From Moniliella sp. 'wahieum' (Eukaryota): 64,000 bases of DNA. Shown piece by piece: positions 35,411 through 47,399 of the stretch (positions within the stretch are counted from its first letter, which is position 1; each line of letters starts with the position of its first letter). Where the stretch lies: assembly GCA_003971905.1 (NCBI GenBank), contig RSEE01000096.1:62001-126000 (forward strand), in the 5' to 3' direction. The position numbers and the translations under genes were made by a program. The notes beneath the pieces were generated by a model. That model saw nothing but the letters and a program-made list of their open reading frames with translations, made no database searches and was not told the origin of the DNA.

Positions 35411-38400
35411 ATGTCCGCCGCCGCCGCCGCCGCACCCTCCTCCCTCGTCCCCCTCGCCAACCTCGCGCCCCACATGCGCATCACCCCGTCCTCCATGCCG
35501 TCCGCCGCCTCCCGCCTGGCCGCCAGCAGTCCCTGCTCGACCACCTCCAGCGCGGCGACCCAGACCAGCAGTACTCGCCGCCATCGCTGCGTGCGCCGTC
35601 CACAGCACTGTCTGGATCCACTTCATCGCCCTCTCGCCCACCCCGACCCCCACATCCAGCGCCTTGCTCTCCTCGCTGCCACACCCCGGCTCGTGTCCGA
35701 CGACCACATCGCCAGCGCCCTCGACGGCGACCTTTCCTTGTACACCCCAGGGCCCTCTGGCGCACCGGCCTCACCCCCCCCCCCCTTGCCGAGCGCCTCT
35801 TCCCCACTGTCCGCGCCACCTGGGGCGATGCGGCCGCCATCCTTGTGCTCCCCCACTGCACTGCCCCTACTGTCGCCCGCTTCCTCCCCCCATCTGCTCG
35901 GTGTCGTTCACTCCGATTCCCATTGGCGCCGTTTCGCCACCTTGCACCCCATCGTACTCTTGGACGTGCTAGTCCACAGCCGCACACACTCATCAACCAG
36001 GGCCTGATGCTCCCGCCGGCCTGGTGGGGCCTGTTTGGTCCCGGCGTCGAGGCGCTGCTCAAGTACACCCGTCTACCCGGGCTGGCCACCAAAGTTCTCG
36101 ACCTGGTCGACTTGACCCCCGAGGTCTTCCCCCAGGAACTGTTGCCCTGCTTGGCGGCCCTGGTCCGCACCGAGCCCGCACGCATGGCCCAGTACATCAT
36201 ACAGGGCCAGTTGGCCAAGGGTAATTTCTCCACTCGCGCGTTTAAGCGGGTGCTCCGTACTGTAGTGGATGCCCCCGAACTTCTCGTTTTCGCCAAACAT
36301 CTCGCTGGCCAAGGGTGCTCGTTCTCTTCCCTGGACCACTCCTCCCCCGCCGTGTCCGGGACGATGTTTCACAAGCCTTTCCCTCACTGTCTGACGAAGA
36401 CCCTGGCGAGCTTGGAATCCGATCCTTGGACGCAGCCGTGACCGCCAATCCGGTCGAGGCCCAGCGAACCATTCACCTGGCCATGCGCAACGCCGATTCC
36501 ACAGTCCGCGCTGCTGGGTACGCCCACTTTGTTAAACAGGCCAGAGCGTCCGGCGACCCTGGCCGCTGGACCACCACCATAGCTTCTCTCGCTTCACGAA
36601 TCAAGAATGAGCTAGCCTCGGTGCGCACCGAAGCACTTGCTCCCCTGGCTGACTTACCTTTCCTTCCTTCATTATGGTCGAAGGATGTCCTCCCGTGCCT
36701 CAAGCAGATGGCCATGGACGCTGTCCAAGCCCCTGACAATACTGCCTCCTCCGTCCGCTACCTGCTCGAAGTGGTCATGAGCATCCTCAGTTCCCTCGGG
36801 CCCAAAGATAAGCATATCGTCACGTGGTCAAGGGACATGTTTGCCCTACTCTTCTCCCATCACGGTTCCTACATGAATTTTACCGACCGGATACCTTCCG
36901 GCTCGGAAGAGGTGGTGGGAGAGGCTTTGGAACCGTACCTACAGACGTTGGTCGAGGACGGCGAAGAGTGCTCCCTGTTTCTGGAGGTGGTGGAATCCTT
37001 GGGTTGGCACGCAAAGGCCATGACAATGCTACCAAAGTTGCTGGCCCAAGCCATTTCCAAGGCGGATAAAACCGATGGCAAGGAACTGATTCAGATCTAC
37101 CTCAAACCAAAGCCAACACGAGCAGATCGTCTCGCCGAGCTCTTGAAGCAAGACCTTTCGATTGTTGCCATCGACTCGGTTGCCAACATGGTAGCCCGAA
37201 CCCAGCCCGAGATCTTGGCTACGGTCCTTCGCTCCCCGCCTTGTGGTCGGTTCCTTCCAAAGGAGAAACAACAAGAATGGATCTTGCCCTGCGAGCCCCG
37301 TGCTCTCCGTGGGGTTGCGCCAGCCACCATTGACCTCTTTCTGGCACGAGCGAAACGGGTACTGGGTATTCTCAAGCCGAGGTATAAGCGAAGCGAGCTG
37401 TTGCGTCGCATCGCCCACGTCCCTGGCGGAATGGCCCTGATCCGGTCGTTGGTAGAGCAAGGTGTAAAGGGGAAGGAAGGCGTGCGTGCATTTGAACAGG
37501 CTCTGTCGGTGCTGGACTCGGCGGCGTGCGTGCCTCTCCTCTTGTCGCATGCGTCGGACCAGCATGCTCGGGTGGCCATGCCTGCCCTGGAACGCGCAGC
37601 CAAATGGATTCCCATGTCCCAAATCGCCCCGCTCGCACGCTCGCTTTGGGAGGAACCAAGCAAGGTGGCCAGTCGCAAGAAGGCCGTCAGCATCGTGGGC
37701 CGCTGCTTGCCCCTTGCTGACGCGGCTGCGTTGCTGCTGGACCAGGTGGCCAAGCCCGACCTGCCCCGCGACGTTTATAGCATGATTCTGGTGGTCGCTC
37801 GGACCAAGTTGCTTGGGATCGAGGCGGGCTGGACCATCGTGGACCAAGTGCTTGTCCCCTTGAAGGAGGAACTCGAACGCGAGGCCGGTACGGAGCTGGA
37901 TCAAACCGCGCTTGAACGGCTGGAGGACCGTCGAACGGTACGCCTCCAGTTGGCCAAGACGGCACCAATCAATGTCCCGGCCCAACACTGGGAGCGCTAC
38001 GGCAGGGTAGTGATGGCCCTCGCTGCTTCCCACGATATCCCGACTGCGACCCAGGGTTTGCGCGGCCTGGCCCAGTGGGGCCGGATCCATCAGGCTGCCT
38101 TGCCCGTCCTGCTTGCCGCAACTTACGATCTCTCCCGTCCCTCTGTCCTGGTCTGGTCGACAGCTGTGCAGTCCCTTGTGGCCCTGTCGAACTCGCCTCG
38201 AGGGGAAGAGACGTTATGTGCAGCGGTGGCCAGGCTACTCTCTCCTCCTGATCCTGAGCACAACGCTCGGCGCGACTGGGACTTGCCTGGAGTACGCTTG
38301 GTGCATGAGCTGGTCCGTCTCCTAACCCAGGAAGTGGAGACGGACCGTGCGGCTTACGCGCCAGCCGTCTGGGCCTGTATCAAGACGATGGCCCGGGGAA

Positions 38401-38989
38401 TAAGGGCGAGGATAAGGACAAGGACGAGTGAGGACAAGGAAGAGGACCAGGACCAGGACGAGGTATCTGTATCGTTCGACTTGGTCCAGCTCTTAGCCAC
38501 CTTGGTCAACTGGGACGACCTCTTTGCCCACCCTATCCCTTCTTCTCAGGCTGTATCTGTGCCGCCTCCCGCACTGGCACAGCTCGTGCGCCAAGACCCG
38601 GTCCCAGACCCGCTCAGTATCACGTTGGCTCTCGGCGAGCTGGTCGGCACCTACCCGGCCCTCCTGCAACCGGTGAAAAAAGCTTGGGAGAACCGGCTTT
38701 GGTCTTACATCGTGCGTAACGACCAGGCCGCCGTGTCGGTGCTCAATTATCTCGCTCACTTCCCCCCATCGGGCCTTTCACCAGGCCATGCACCAGGCCA
38801 CGCACCAGGCCACGCACCAGGCCACGCGTACTTGGTCCTCCTCCTGATCGATACGTGGGGAAGAACGCTCAGTGGTCCCAACCCTGGCGCACTTTGCTCC
38901 GCTCCCTCCGCGCTCATACAGCCCCGGACGTACGCGCGTGGGCTACCTCGATCGTCACGGATACGCACGCCTATCGCGTCGTGTGGTAG
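35411..38989 (+). CDS. Large (~1150 aa) intronless HEAT/ARM-like helical protein of unknown function
   Basis: A 970-aa open frame (36315-39227) plus frameshifted N- and C-terminal segments. Inferred true end WSQPWRTLLRSLRAHTAPDVRAWA...VW* at 38987-38989. Confidence 0.8.
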
Positions 38990-39034
38990 TCCTGGTACTG
39001 GGAGTGGGAGTGGGAGTGCGTACCTCTCGTTGGA

Positions 39035-39117
39035 TGGGAGTTTTGGGTGGGAGGTTTGGGTGGGAGTTTTGGGTGGGAGTTTTGGGTGGGAGTTTTGGGT
39101 GGGAGTTTTGGGTGGGT
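39035..39117 (+). repeat. 13-bp G-rich minisatellite (GGGTGGGAGTTTT)n
   Basis: About 6 copies seen directly. Confidence 0.9.
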
Positions 39118-40178
39118 GTCATACCCCCACGTTGGGTTGGGTGGGTTGCGTTGGGTGTTGGTACGGCCTCAGTGGGAGCGCCAAGATATCTTGGAGGTTT
39201 TGTTCGCGTTCTTCCGTCCCTAACTAACCCTTTAAATTTTTGTCCCTTACTCCTCTACTGCAGTGGGTACCGGTTCCCCTGTTCCTCCCTTTTACCTGTT
39301 CCCCTGCTTGCCTCTCACCCCCCTTACCCCCCCCCTAACCGATGTGCTCTTTGCCCTTTGTCCCTGTGTCCCGCTTTGCTCGTGAGCGAATCGAAATGAG
39401 GTGCGCGACCCACGCGCTCTCTGGTCTCAGGCTTCTGGTCTCAGGCCCTCGGGCCTCAGGCTCTCAGGCTCTCATGCCCTCAGGCTACCGACTCCTACTA
39501 GGACGCAGAGAGAGCAGAAGGAATAGAGAGACTCTTAGTAGGGAGCAGAGGGACAGGTGGGTGACCATGGCCAGTGATTAGTGATTAGTGATCCTAGTGA
39601 CCTCCCTAAGGTTAGGTGGAAGCAAGCCCACTCACTACTACACTACCTGCCCGCAGATGGGCGGCGGAAGCGTTGCCAAGGGGTAAGGGTTACGGTAACC
39701 CCCTAAGGGGGTAACCCACTGCTGGCTAAGAAGAACCGACCTCAGCTCGTACAGCGAACCGCACAGCGCAGCTAGTTACAGCCACACCCAAACTGCACAC
39801 CCAATCCCTCTCGCACTGAACGCCCCGTCGGTGCTCAAGCCTCCAGCACATCTCTTCCATGTTCGTCGTTCAGAATTCAACCCGTTCAGCATTCAATGTT
39901 TAGCAGAGATAATTGATGATGCATAAAGGCACAATGTATGATGTCCACAGGTGGGGACCTAAGATCCGAGGCGGGGGCACGGAAGGAGAAAGCATAGGGA
40001 TCGGCCGTAGGGGGAGGGGTCAAATGGCCAGACTAGGCCTCGAATTGGGAACCATTCCCACTTCTTCGAGAGAACAAGCCTCGCCTCGTACTGTTCCGAG
40101 GAAACGCACGAGACCACCTTACTCGACCCCAGAACATAAGCCTTGCATGAAAAAAAGGAACACCACCAAAGTAAGCTC

Positions 40179-40443
40179 TTAAGCCGAAGCCGACTGGGCG
40201 CACCGGAACGGAACCCATTCTTCGCCTTGCGAGGCACCGTCTTGAGGTACCGCATCCGCCCCGTACCGGTCGTACGCCTCCGGATGGCCTTCTGGCCCCA
40301 CTGGTACGACCGCGTCTTGGCCGATGGGTAGCCACACGAAGCGCACTCCTTGTGCTGCTTGTGAACGACCGCTTGCCACACCGCCGGCACAGCGTGTGCG
40401 CCTTAATGTGACGCAAACCAAACGAAGTCGTGCCGCGGGTCAT
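40179..40443 (-). CDS. RPL37: 60S ribosomal protein eL37 (intronless)
   Basis: [68 protein letters not shown]. One clear indel and a probable second near the 3' end. Confidence 0.96.
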
Positions 40444-40771
40444 GGCTCTTTTGTCTACTCACAGGGGGGGCACAGGCCACAGGCCACACGCCAAGGCAGG
40501 AAAGGTCAGAACGCGATCCATCGGTCCCTGGCCGGGTTGGCTGCGTCCCAGATGTCCTCGCCCCCGTGCTGCCATGCGCGTCCAGCGTTTCGCATCACAG
40601 CAAGGTACCCTGAGCTGGAGGAGGGGGGGAGGGGGGACGGGCCAGGACGGACGCAGCCCAAGTGGATGTGGAGCACGTGCTTACCTTGCTACTGGGAGGC
40701 TCGCGACGCTCGATGGGGTTCCGATCAACGCGGGAACGGCAGCCGAGCATCACACAGCGGGGAGGGGTGCG

Positions 40772-40811
40772 AGGGTAGGGTTACCCAGTTCCAGAGCAGA
40801 CGTAACCCTAC
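40772..40811. promoter_or_regulatory. Homol-E-like box and 10-bp inverted repeat in the RPL37/RPL30 divergent promoter
   Basis: AGGGTAGGGT at 40772-40781; GTAGGGTTAC (40775-40784) and GTAACCCTAC (40802-40811). Confidence 0.5.
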
Positions 40812-41161
40812 TGTGAGACGAACGCCAATAGGCGCTGTGCCGTCAGCCTAATCCATGCGCCAATGAGCTGCGGTATGCGAGCATGGCGTCAGTGTAGACT
40901 CATCCTGTGGCAACCCTATTTCTCCAGCTTGGGGGTCCGGCCGTGTTGGGCTGGTGGTGGGGCGCGCCGGCAACGGCGGTTGGCGTCCCCCGACGACTGT
41001 CTGACAACTTGTGCGTATCGTGCTGTGGGAAAGGGCTGTCGGGCTGGCACGGGGGGGGTCATTGAGGGACCACCTCTGCTGAGCGGGCAGGTGGCCGTGG
41101 CGCTCTTCGGGACCGTGTTCGAGGGCAGGGTGCTGACGTGGGTTGGAATGGACAGTGCACC

Positions 41162-41585
41162 ATGGCGCCTGTGAGCAACAAGAAGAAGACCTCGACGCAG
41201 GAGAACATCAATGGCAAGCTGCAGCTTGTCATGAAGTCGGGCAAGGTCCAGCTCGGCTACTCGAGCACGCTCAAGACCCTGCGCAACGGCAAGGCCAAGC
41301 TCGTCTTGATCTCGGCCAACACGCCACCGCTGCGCAAGTCGGAGCTGGAGTACTACGCCATGCTGTCCAAGACGCTCGTGCACCACTACCAAGGCTCGAA
41401 CGTGGCTTTGGGCACGGCGTCTGGAAAGCTCTTCCGTGTTGGGTACGTTGATGTGCCCGTTTCCCTGCTACTTTTTTTATAAGCTGGGAAGAGATGGCTG
41501 ACCTGGTTGTGGCTCGTCTTTCGCCAGTGTTCTCGCCGTCACGGACGCGGGTGACTCGGACCTCCTCAGCTCCGTTGCTAACTAA
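41162..41585 (+). CDS. RPL30: 60S ribosomal protein eL30
   Basis: [54 protein letters not shown]; intron about 41443-41526; last exon [13 protein letters not shown]. Confidence 0.97.
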
Positions 41586-42822
41586 GCGAACGGGTCATGG
41601 GAGCGTCGCAAAATTCATCCATGTTGCATGCCCCTGAATAGGTAGGATTGGCATGTAACCTTCATCGTTGGGAACAGGGACAACTTGGTCTTCTCGCCTC
41701 TGTCACCGGCTTGGCGACCGCGCAGGGAACCCTTTTTTCTTTTGTATTAGCCTTCAGATCTGCCTCCATTGACTTCGGTGGAGCGAGCGCACCAGGGCGC
41801 GCCACGTGACGATATTGGGCTGGTTGAACGTTGAGTCCACCACGTTAGTCTGGGATTGCATCATGTGGAACGAGATGGTTGCGTACTGCAGTCTCCCTTT
41901 GTTGCTCACAAGGCCACTGTACAGTTTTCTGGAACGCTGCGCACACCGCTTATTGGTTCTAACCTCCCAGCGCGGCGCCATGGCTCACACCCGCCGGGCA
42001 CATAATAGGCTGGGTGAGATATAAGTGAGAAGAGGGATGGTGAAGTGGCGGTGGAAGCAATGGTCTCCCGTTCCAACTTGGACTCGTGCCGGCGGGTACA
42101 TTCTGACCTACACGAACGGCGAACGCCAAGCTGGTACTCGCAGCACACTTGTAGCCTTGGGGAAGCGACAGTAAGCTATCTGAGTCTTTCATGCCGGCTT
42201 GAGACGGGCCAATACACGCATGTTAGTTTGACTGGGATATACCATCGTTCCGACTTGCAGGTTTCAGCTCCTCTGCCCCTCCCCAAAGCACAAGCCTGCT
42301 TCAAACGGACTGATGATTGCCCTCCTCAAGGGGCGTGGACAGTGGTGTTTTCGTTGACCCCAACCATTAAAAGGCCGGACGGATAAACTAGGAGAGCCAC
42401 GCTAGCGTCCTCGATCGCCAGGACATTTGGAAAAGGCTGCCTACCACAATACCACCAAAGGACGCCGCGGCCTCCTCCTGCGCAACCAAAACTAGGTCGC
42501 TGGCAGAGATACAAAATCAAAGGAACTCGGATGAATTAAGTGCACCTGAGAAAAGGATGCTTTTGCTGGATCGGTTCAGAGAGAGATGGATGGATCAATG
42601 ATCCATTTGGGAGCGAATCATTAATCGGGCGCGACGTGGGGGCGGGGGGGGGGGGGGAGGGGAGGGGAATGACAAGCCGCATGACCAAACAATGAGAGAA
42701 CAACAGCCAAAGATCCGACCGTCCGCGTCCCGAGGCCCGCTCGCGGGACCCATCCCCCAAACGGGCCAATACAAGTACGGGAAAGTGGTCCACCCCTCTT
42801 GAGCATGAACCCTCGAGAACGC

Positions 42823-45800
42823 TCACAGTTGCCCATGCTCTTGCAGTAACGCAGCACCCCGAGCCTCCGATGCGGCGGTCACGGCGCAATACTTGTCTGC
42901 GAGCTCGATGACATGCCAAGTGCCTAACCAGAAAAGGGAAGTTAGTGAGTGTTGACCACAATACAAAAAGAAGGACAAAAAGAAAAGAAGAAGAAAAAAA
43001 CATACCTTCATCCGCGGTCGACAGGGAGAATTCGTTGGTCTCGACCCGGCTAACGGTTTGGGTATCCAGCACCTTGGGATGGGAACCAAGTCGATGGGCT
43101 CGGTCCGTTGATACGTAAACGAAAAGGGTGCTTCGCCTTGAAGAGCAAACTTGACCAGAGCCGTAGCGCCTTCGAATAATGTTTGCTCATCGGGCGCACC
43201 ATGGTCCACCGTCACGCTGGGCAAGTCCCGGACCAAGGCCGTGTACTGCGCTTCGGTCCCGGGCGCAGGCGTCCACGCACAAGGCGAACCAGGATGAGCG
43301 ACGCGAATCAACCGGATCCGCCCGGGGGTCGAGGCAAGTCGAGTGAACGCAGCCGAATCCGTTTCGGCTACCACTTTCACCCCCTTGGACGCCTCGGCTT
43401 GCGCCAATGCCATCGCATCCACGGGGCATAGTCCTCCGTGCCCCCCAGCGCAGAAGCTGGGGTAAGGAGGTAGGTGACCTCCCACTTGGCCTGGCCCGAA
43501 AGACCAAACGTGAGTGCATTGCCAACGCACAGTTCTCGTTCGGTAAACGGACGAGCCGATGGCGTGTCATGCACGTCCAACACCACTTTTTGGTCCTCCT
43601 CTGTGCTCGCTCCGGTCGAGCACGCACTCTTCCACCCCGCCAATCGCCACCACCCATCTTCCTGCCACATCCAGCGGCCATGCCGATCCCAAACTCACTT
43701 GGGTCGTCAAGGTGGTAGGGCCTTGCGAGAGCTCCGCGCCTCCGTCGGGCACAGTTAGCGTGTGCACCTGCTGAGTCCCGTTGGGCGAGGTGAGGGACAA
43801 GGTGAGCGAAAAGGGGGGTACGCCGGTAAGTTCGATGGGGGGCAAGCGCACGTCGGTCATTGGATCGGAGACCTTTGACTTGGGAGGGCCAGACCGTGAG
43901 TCTGATACCACCGTCACGTCATCTCCAGCGCCTGGAACTGGGATCGTGGCGCCGACACAGGCCTGTACCGCCTCCGATCCGACGAACCGGGCCGAGGGAG
44001 GACGATGGACGACTTGGTAAGACGGACAAATTCCGTGGTGCTCGAGAAGGGAGACGGAGGGTAAAAGTCATCCCCGACCTGGGTCAGGGTGTAGGTATGG
44101 GCACCAGGCACGGACGTGTTGAGCGGAAGGAGGGTGGTGCCCTGGGCCGCGGCAAAGGTGTGCGCATCAACTGTCTGCCGCTCGGAAGAGGAGGCGTCCT
44201 CTTTCGACCGCCACGCGGCTGCTGGACCGGCGGCAGTGTGCTCATACACAATTTGCACTGGCCAACCTTCGCCCGGCGTGACCGACAACGGCGCGTCGTC
44301 GGGCTGGTGCAGGCACACTGGACGGCGCACCAACGTCGCTGGCCCGGCAGGCCTGGAGGCAACGGGTTTCTTGAGTTTCTTGCCCCCGAGCCAGGACGAG
44401 TGGGAACGATGGTGGAGAGGGTCGTGCGCAACCAGCGGCTCTCCGGCGGCCGGGGCAAATGCGACGCGAGGGCGAGGGACCAGGCCGACCTGCCACATCG
44501 ACACGTCCTTCTCCACCACACCGGGGCAGTCGGCGTCGCGGACCGAGTGCAGCGTGTACATCCCGGGGGAATCCACATCGAGGGATGCCACGCCCGAAGG
44601 GGCGGCCTGGACCGTGTGCAGCGTCAAAGGCCCGTCGTCTTTGGAGTACATTACCTTCCACGGCGCGCGCCCTGTAAGATGCAGTGGAAGCGATGCATCA
44701 AGGCCCTCGGCTAGGCGCGACGCTCCGGCGAGACCAGGCTTGGTGTCCAGCGGCAGTGCGCTGGGGACAAACCCAGCATGGGGCGCGGCGAGCCGTCGGC
44801 GGATCGTGATCCCAGCACGGTGGGGCGCCACCTTGGCGGTGCAGCCGCGCACATCTTTCACACTCAAGAGGGTGAATGTGGAGGATGATTCAACACGCGA
44901 CGGATCGCCGTATCCGCTGGGGGGCAGCGGTGGCAAGACTACCTCGAGCGGAATGTCGGCGCCGGCTGAAGGCCTTCGACCGTGTGGGTGATGCTTCCCT
45001 GCTCGGCGCCAGCCACAGCGTAGGTGAGCGTGAGCGGGCCCGATCCCGATAGCGCCACGTGGGCGGTGAGGGTATCGTTGAGGCAGGTGGAGGCGTAGCG
45101 CAGCTGGGAGCTGGCCAGAGACGCCATGAGAGGAGGGTGAACGGTCTGGGTGCTCTTGGGCCCGTCGAGCGGGGCAAAGTCATAGTACTTGTCCCTCAGC
45201 GCGCGGAACGCATATTGCACCTCGCCGCCCGCACTCTTCCGTCCCCTTTGGGCCAACACCTGAGGCGGCACGTCGAGTGTAAGTTGCGCTTCGCGCGTGT
45301 CGGACCGCCAGGTACGTTCGAGGTCCTGTCCACCGCCACGGACGTGGTAGGTCAGCGTGAAGGGAGGTGTCCCCGACAGGAAGCTTGCGTGGGCACGCAC
45401 GCCCACTGGGCCGGCACAAGCGTCCGATATGGGGGCGAGGGTATGTTGACTTGAGGAGGAGGCACTGCCACGACACGGACCGCAGCCGGACCCGGGGCCG
45501 AGGTGGGGGGGGCGCGGACGTTTCGGGAACAGGCGGTCGTGGGGCACAGAAGGTACTCCCAGCACTCGCCACACTCCATGTGCCTGGGTCATTTGCCGTC
45601 ACGCGCACCACCGCCTCCGCATTGGCACCCTCCACGACCTGGTACTTGGTTTCCCCCGGACGTCGAAGGGACGAACTGCAGCGTTGCCTGCCACGCCCCA
45701 TCCGCATCTGGTGCAGTCACGGCGATCGCAGGCGTGGGATGGTCCTCTGCCTTGTGACGGGACGAGGTGTCGAGTTTGGCCAACGTGCGGGGTGAACCGG

Positions 45801-47200
45801 CCACGAGCGGTACTTCGGCGGAATCGGACGTAGCAGCTGGCGCAAGCAGCACCTGGGGCCGCGGGTGGAAGATGACAGTGTGTGCTGCTTCCGGCGATGG
45901 GGACGGGTTGACGTTGCCGCAGGCATCGCGAATGGCATCGAGACGGACTTGGTACGCCGTTGGTTCCCACGCCGAAGTGGAGAGCGGCGGTGGTGCAAAG
46001 CGAAGAGAGAGAGGCACGTTCTGCTGGCGAGCCCACTCGACCGAAAGCGAAGTGGCATTCTCGTTCGAAAGCGCTTCTTCATTTGCAGCCAAATGATCCG
46101 ACAACTGTGAAAGTATCCGCTCACTGCGTTCGGTCGGATCCGGCTGGCTGTGAGCTACACTCGCCTCCTCCACCGTCGAGAAGGGTGCCCACGACCAGCC
46201 CAGTTCAAGAGGCCCGACGCCCGAGACGTGGAGGGGCAGTTCCACATCATCCCCCCTGCAGGCATGAAGTGGTTGGGAATGCGGAGGATCCCAATGAGCG
46301 ACAGGACATTGAGCTACAATGAGCTCCGCCGGCTGGCCCGGGTTGATCGTGGCCTCCCGTCCCAACGAGTCGGCCGCCCGGAGCAGCCGTACTCGCCCGG
46401 CCGACGCAATGGGAAGACGCAGTAACAGTTCCGGCTCATACTCCTCAGAGGAGCTGGGGGCCGGGCCGCGCTGGCGCCATGGGGCGCGCTCGGCATCGGC
46501 GTTGCGATGTGCGTGGGCGGGTGGACGAGCAGCGGGAGCATGGCCGCGAATGAGGGCGTACTCGTCCGCGTCTTGGGCCTGGGGAAGGCGTCCCGGATGG
46601 GGGAGCTCAGCGAGCTGGGCAGGCGAGATGGTCTCGTTGACGATGACGACCTTGGCGTGGGGGTCGGTGGTAGAGGCTTGATGCCGTAGGTGACCCAGGC
46701 CGGGGCGGTGTGGGAGAAGCGGACGACAAGGGAGGCAGTGCGGGAAGCGTCAATGCAGACGCATGCTTCGGGTCGACCAAGAGCTGGGCGGTGCCATGCG
46801 GCTTGCGGCGGATGGTGCGCTGGCCGCGAAGGTGGCGGGAGGCATCAACCACGTCGGCGGGCGCGTCTGTTCGCCGCGCAGGCCGACGCTCTTGGGCGCG
46901 GAGCTGGAGATGGCGGAGTTTGAAGAGGATCCAGGCGTCGAGGAAGCTCAGCAAGGCGATGGCGCCAGCCATGCGCGTGGGGCCGTAGCGGGGCGGAGGA
47001 TGGCGATGAGGGCGCAGACATTGAAGGCGATGCACACGCTCGCCACGCCGGCCAAGGCGAGGCCGGAGCCGGCGGAGCTGTTCCAGCCGAAGAGGCGGCG
47101 GACTTGGCGACGAGGACGGCGGCAAGCAGGAACTCGGTTGGCTTGCGGCCCATCATGGCCGGTCCGAACAGCGCTGGCGGGGCTGGTGGAGGTGGTGGTG
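42823..47200 (-). CDS. POM152: Nuclear pore membrane glycoprotein Pom152
   Basis: N-terminal transmembrane segments followed by repeated Ig-like units (LSGTPPFTLTY, LTGRAPWKVMY, GEGWPVQIVY, LTGVPPFSL, LQGEAPFSFTYQRTE), SVRDADCPG and a C-terminal ADKYC. Start uncertain. Confidence 0.88.
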
Positions 47201-47309
47201 GTGGAGGACCAGCCGGGGCCACCCGCTGCGAAAAAGCACACACGCTTGGCTGCTGAAGTAAGCGCCGGATCACGTGCCCCTGCGTCACTCCCCTCGACAG
47301 GCAAAAATA

Positions 47310-47399
47310 TGACGAGAGTGGGATTCGAACCCACGCCCCGGAGGACTGCGTTGAGGGAGCTCCTTAACACAGCGCGTTAGACCACTTCGCTATCTCGCC
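47310..47399 (-). tRNA. tRNA-Leu(AAG) with 10-nt intron
   Basis: Reverse complement reads GGCGAGA TA GCG AAGTGGTCTAA CGC G CTGTG TT AAG G [AGCTCCCTCA] A CGCAG, long variable arm, GTGGG TTCGAAT CCCAC TCTCGTC A, then a T5 terminator. Confidence 0.92.

Noticed and set aside
39035..39117. G-rich repeat as interstitial telomere
   Set aside because: The unit does not match TTAGGG and nothing else indicates a chromosome end.
41700..42800. Possible small spliced gene between RPL30 and POM152
   Set aside because: Only short ORFs with no recognisable family or consistent exon chain.
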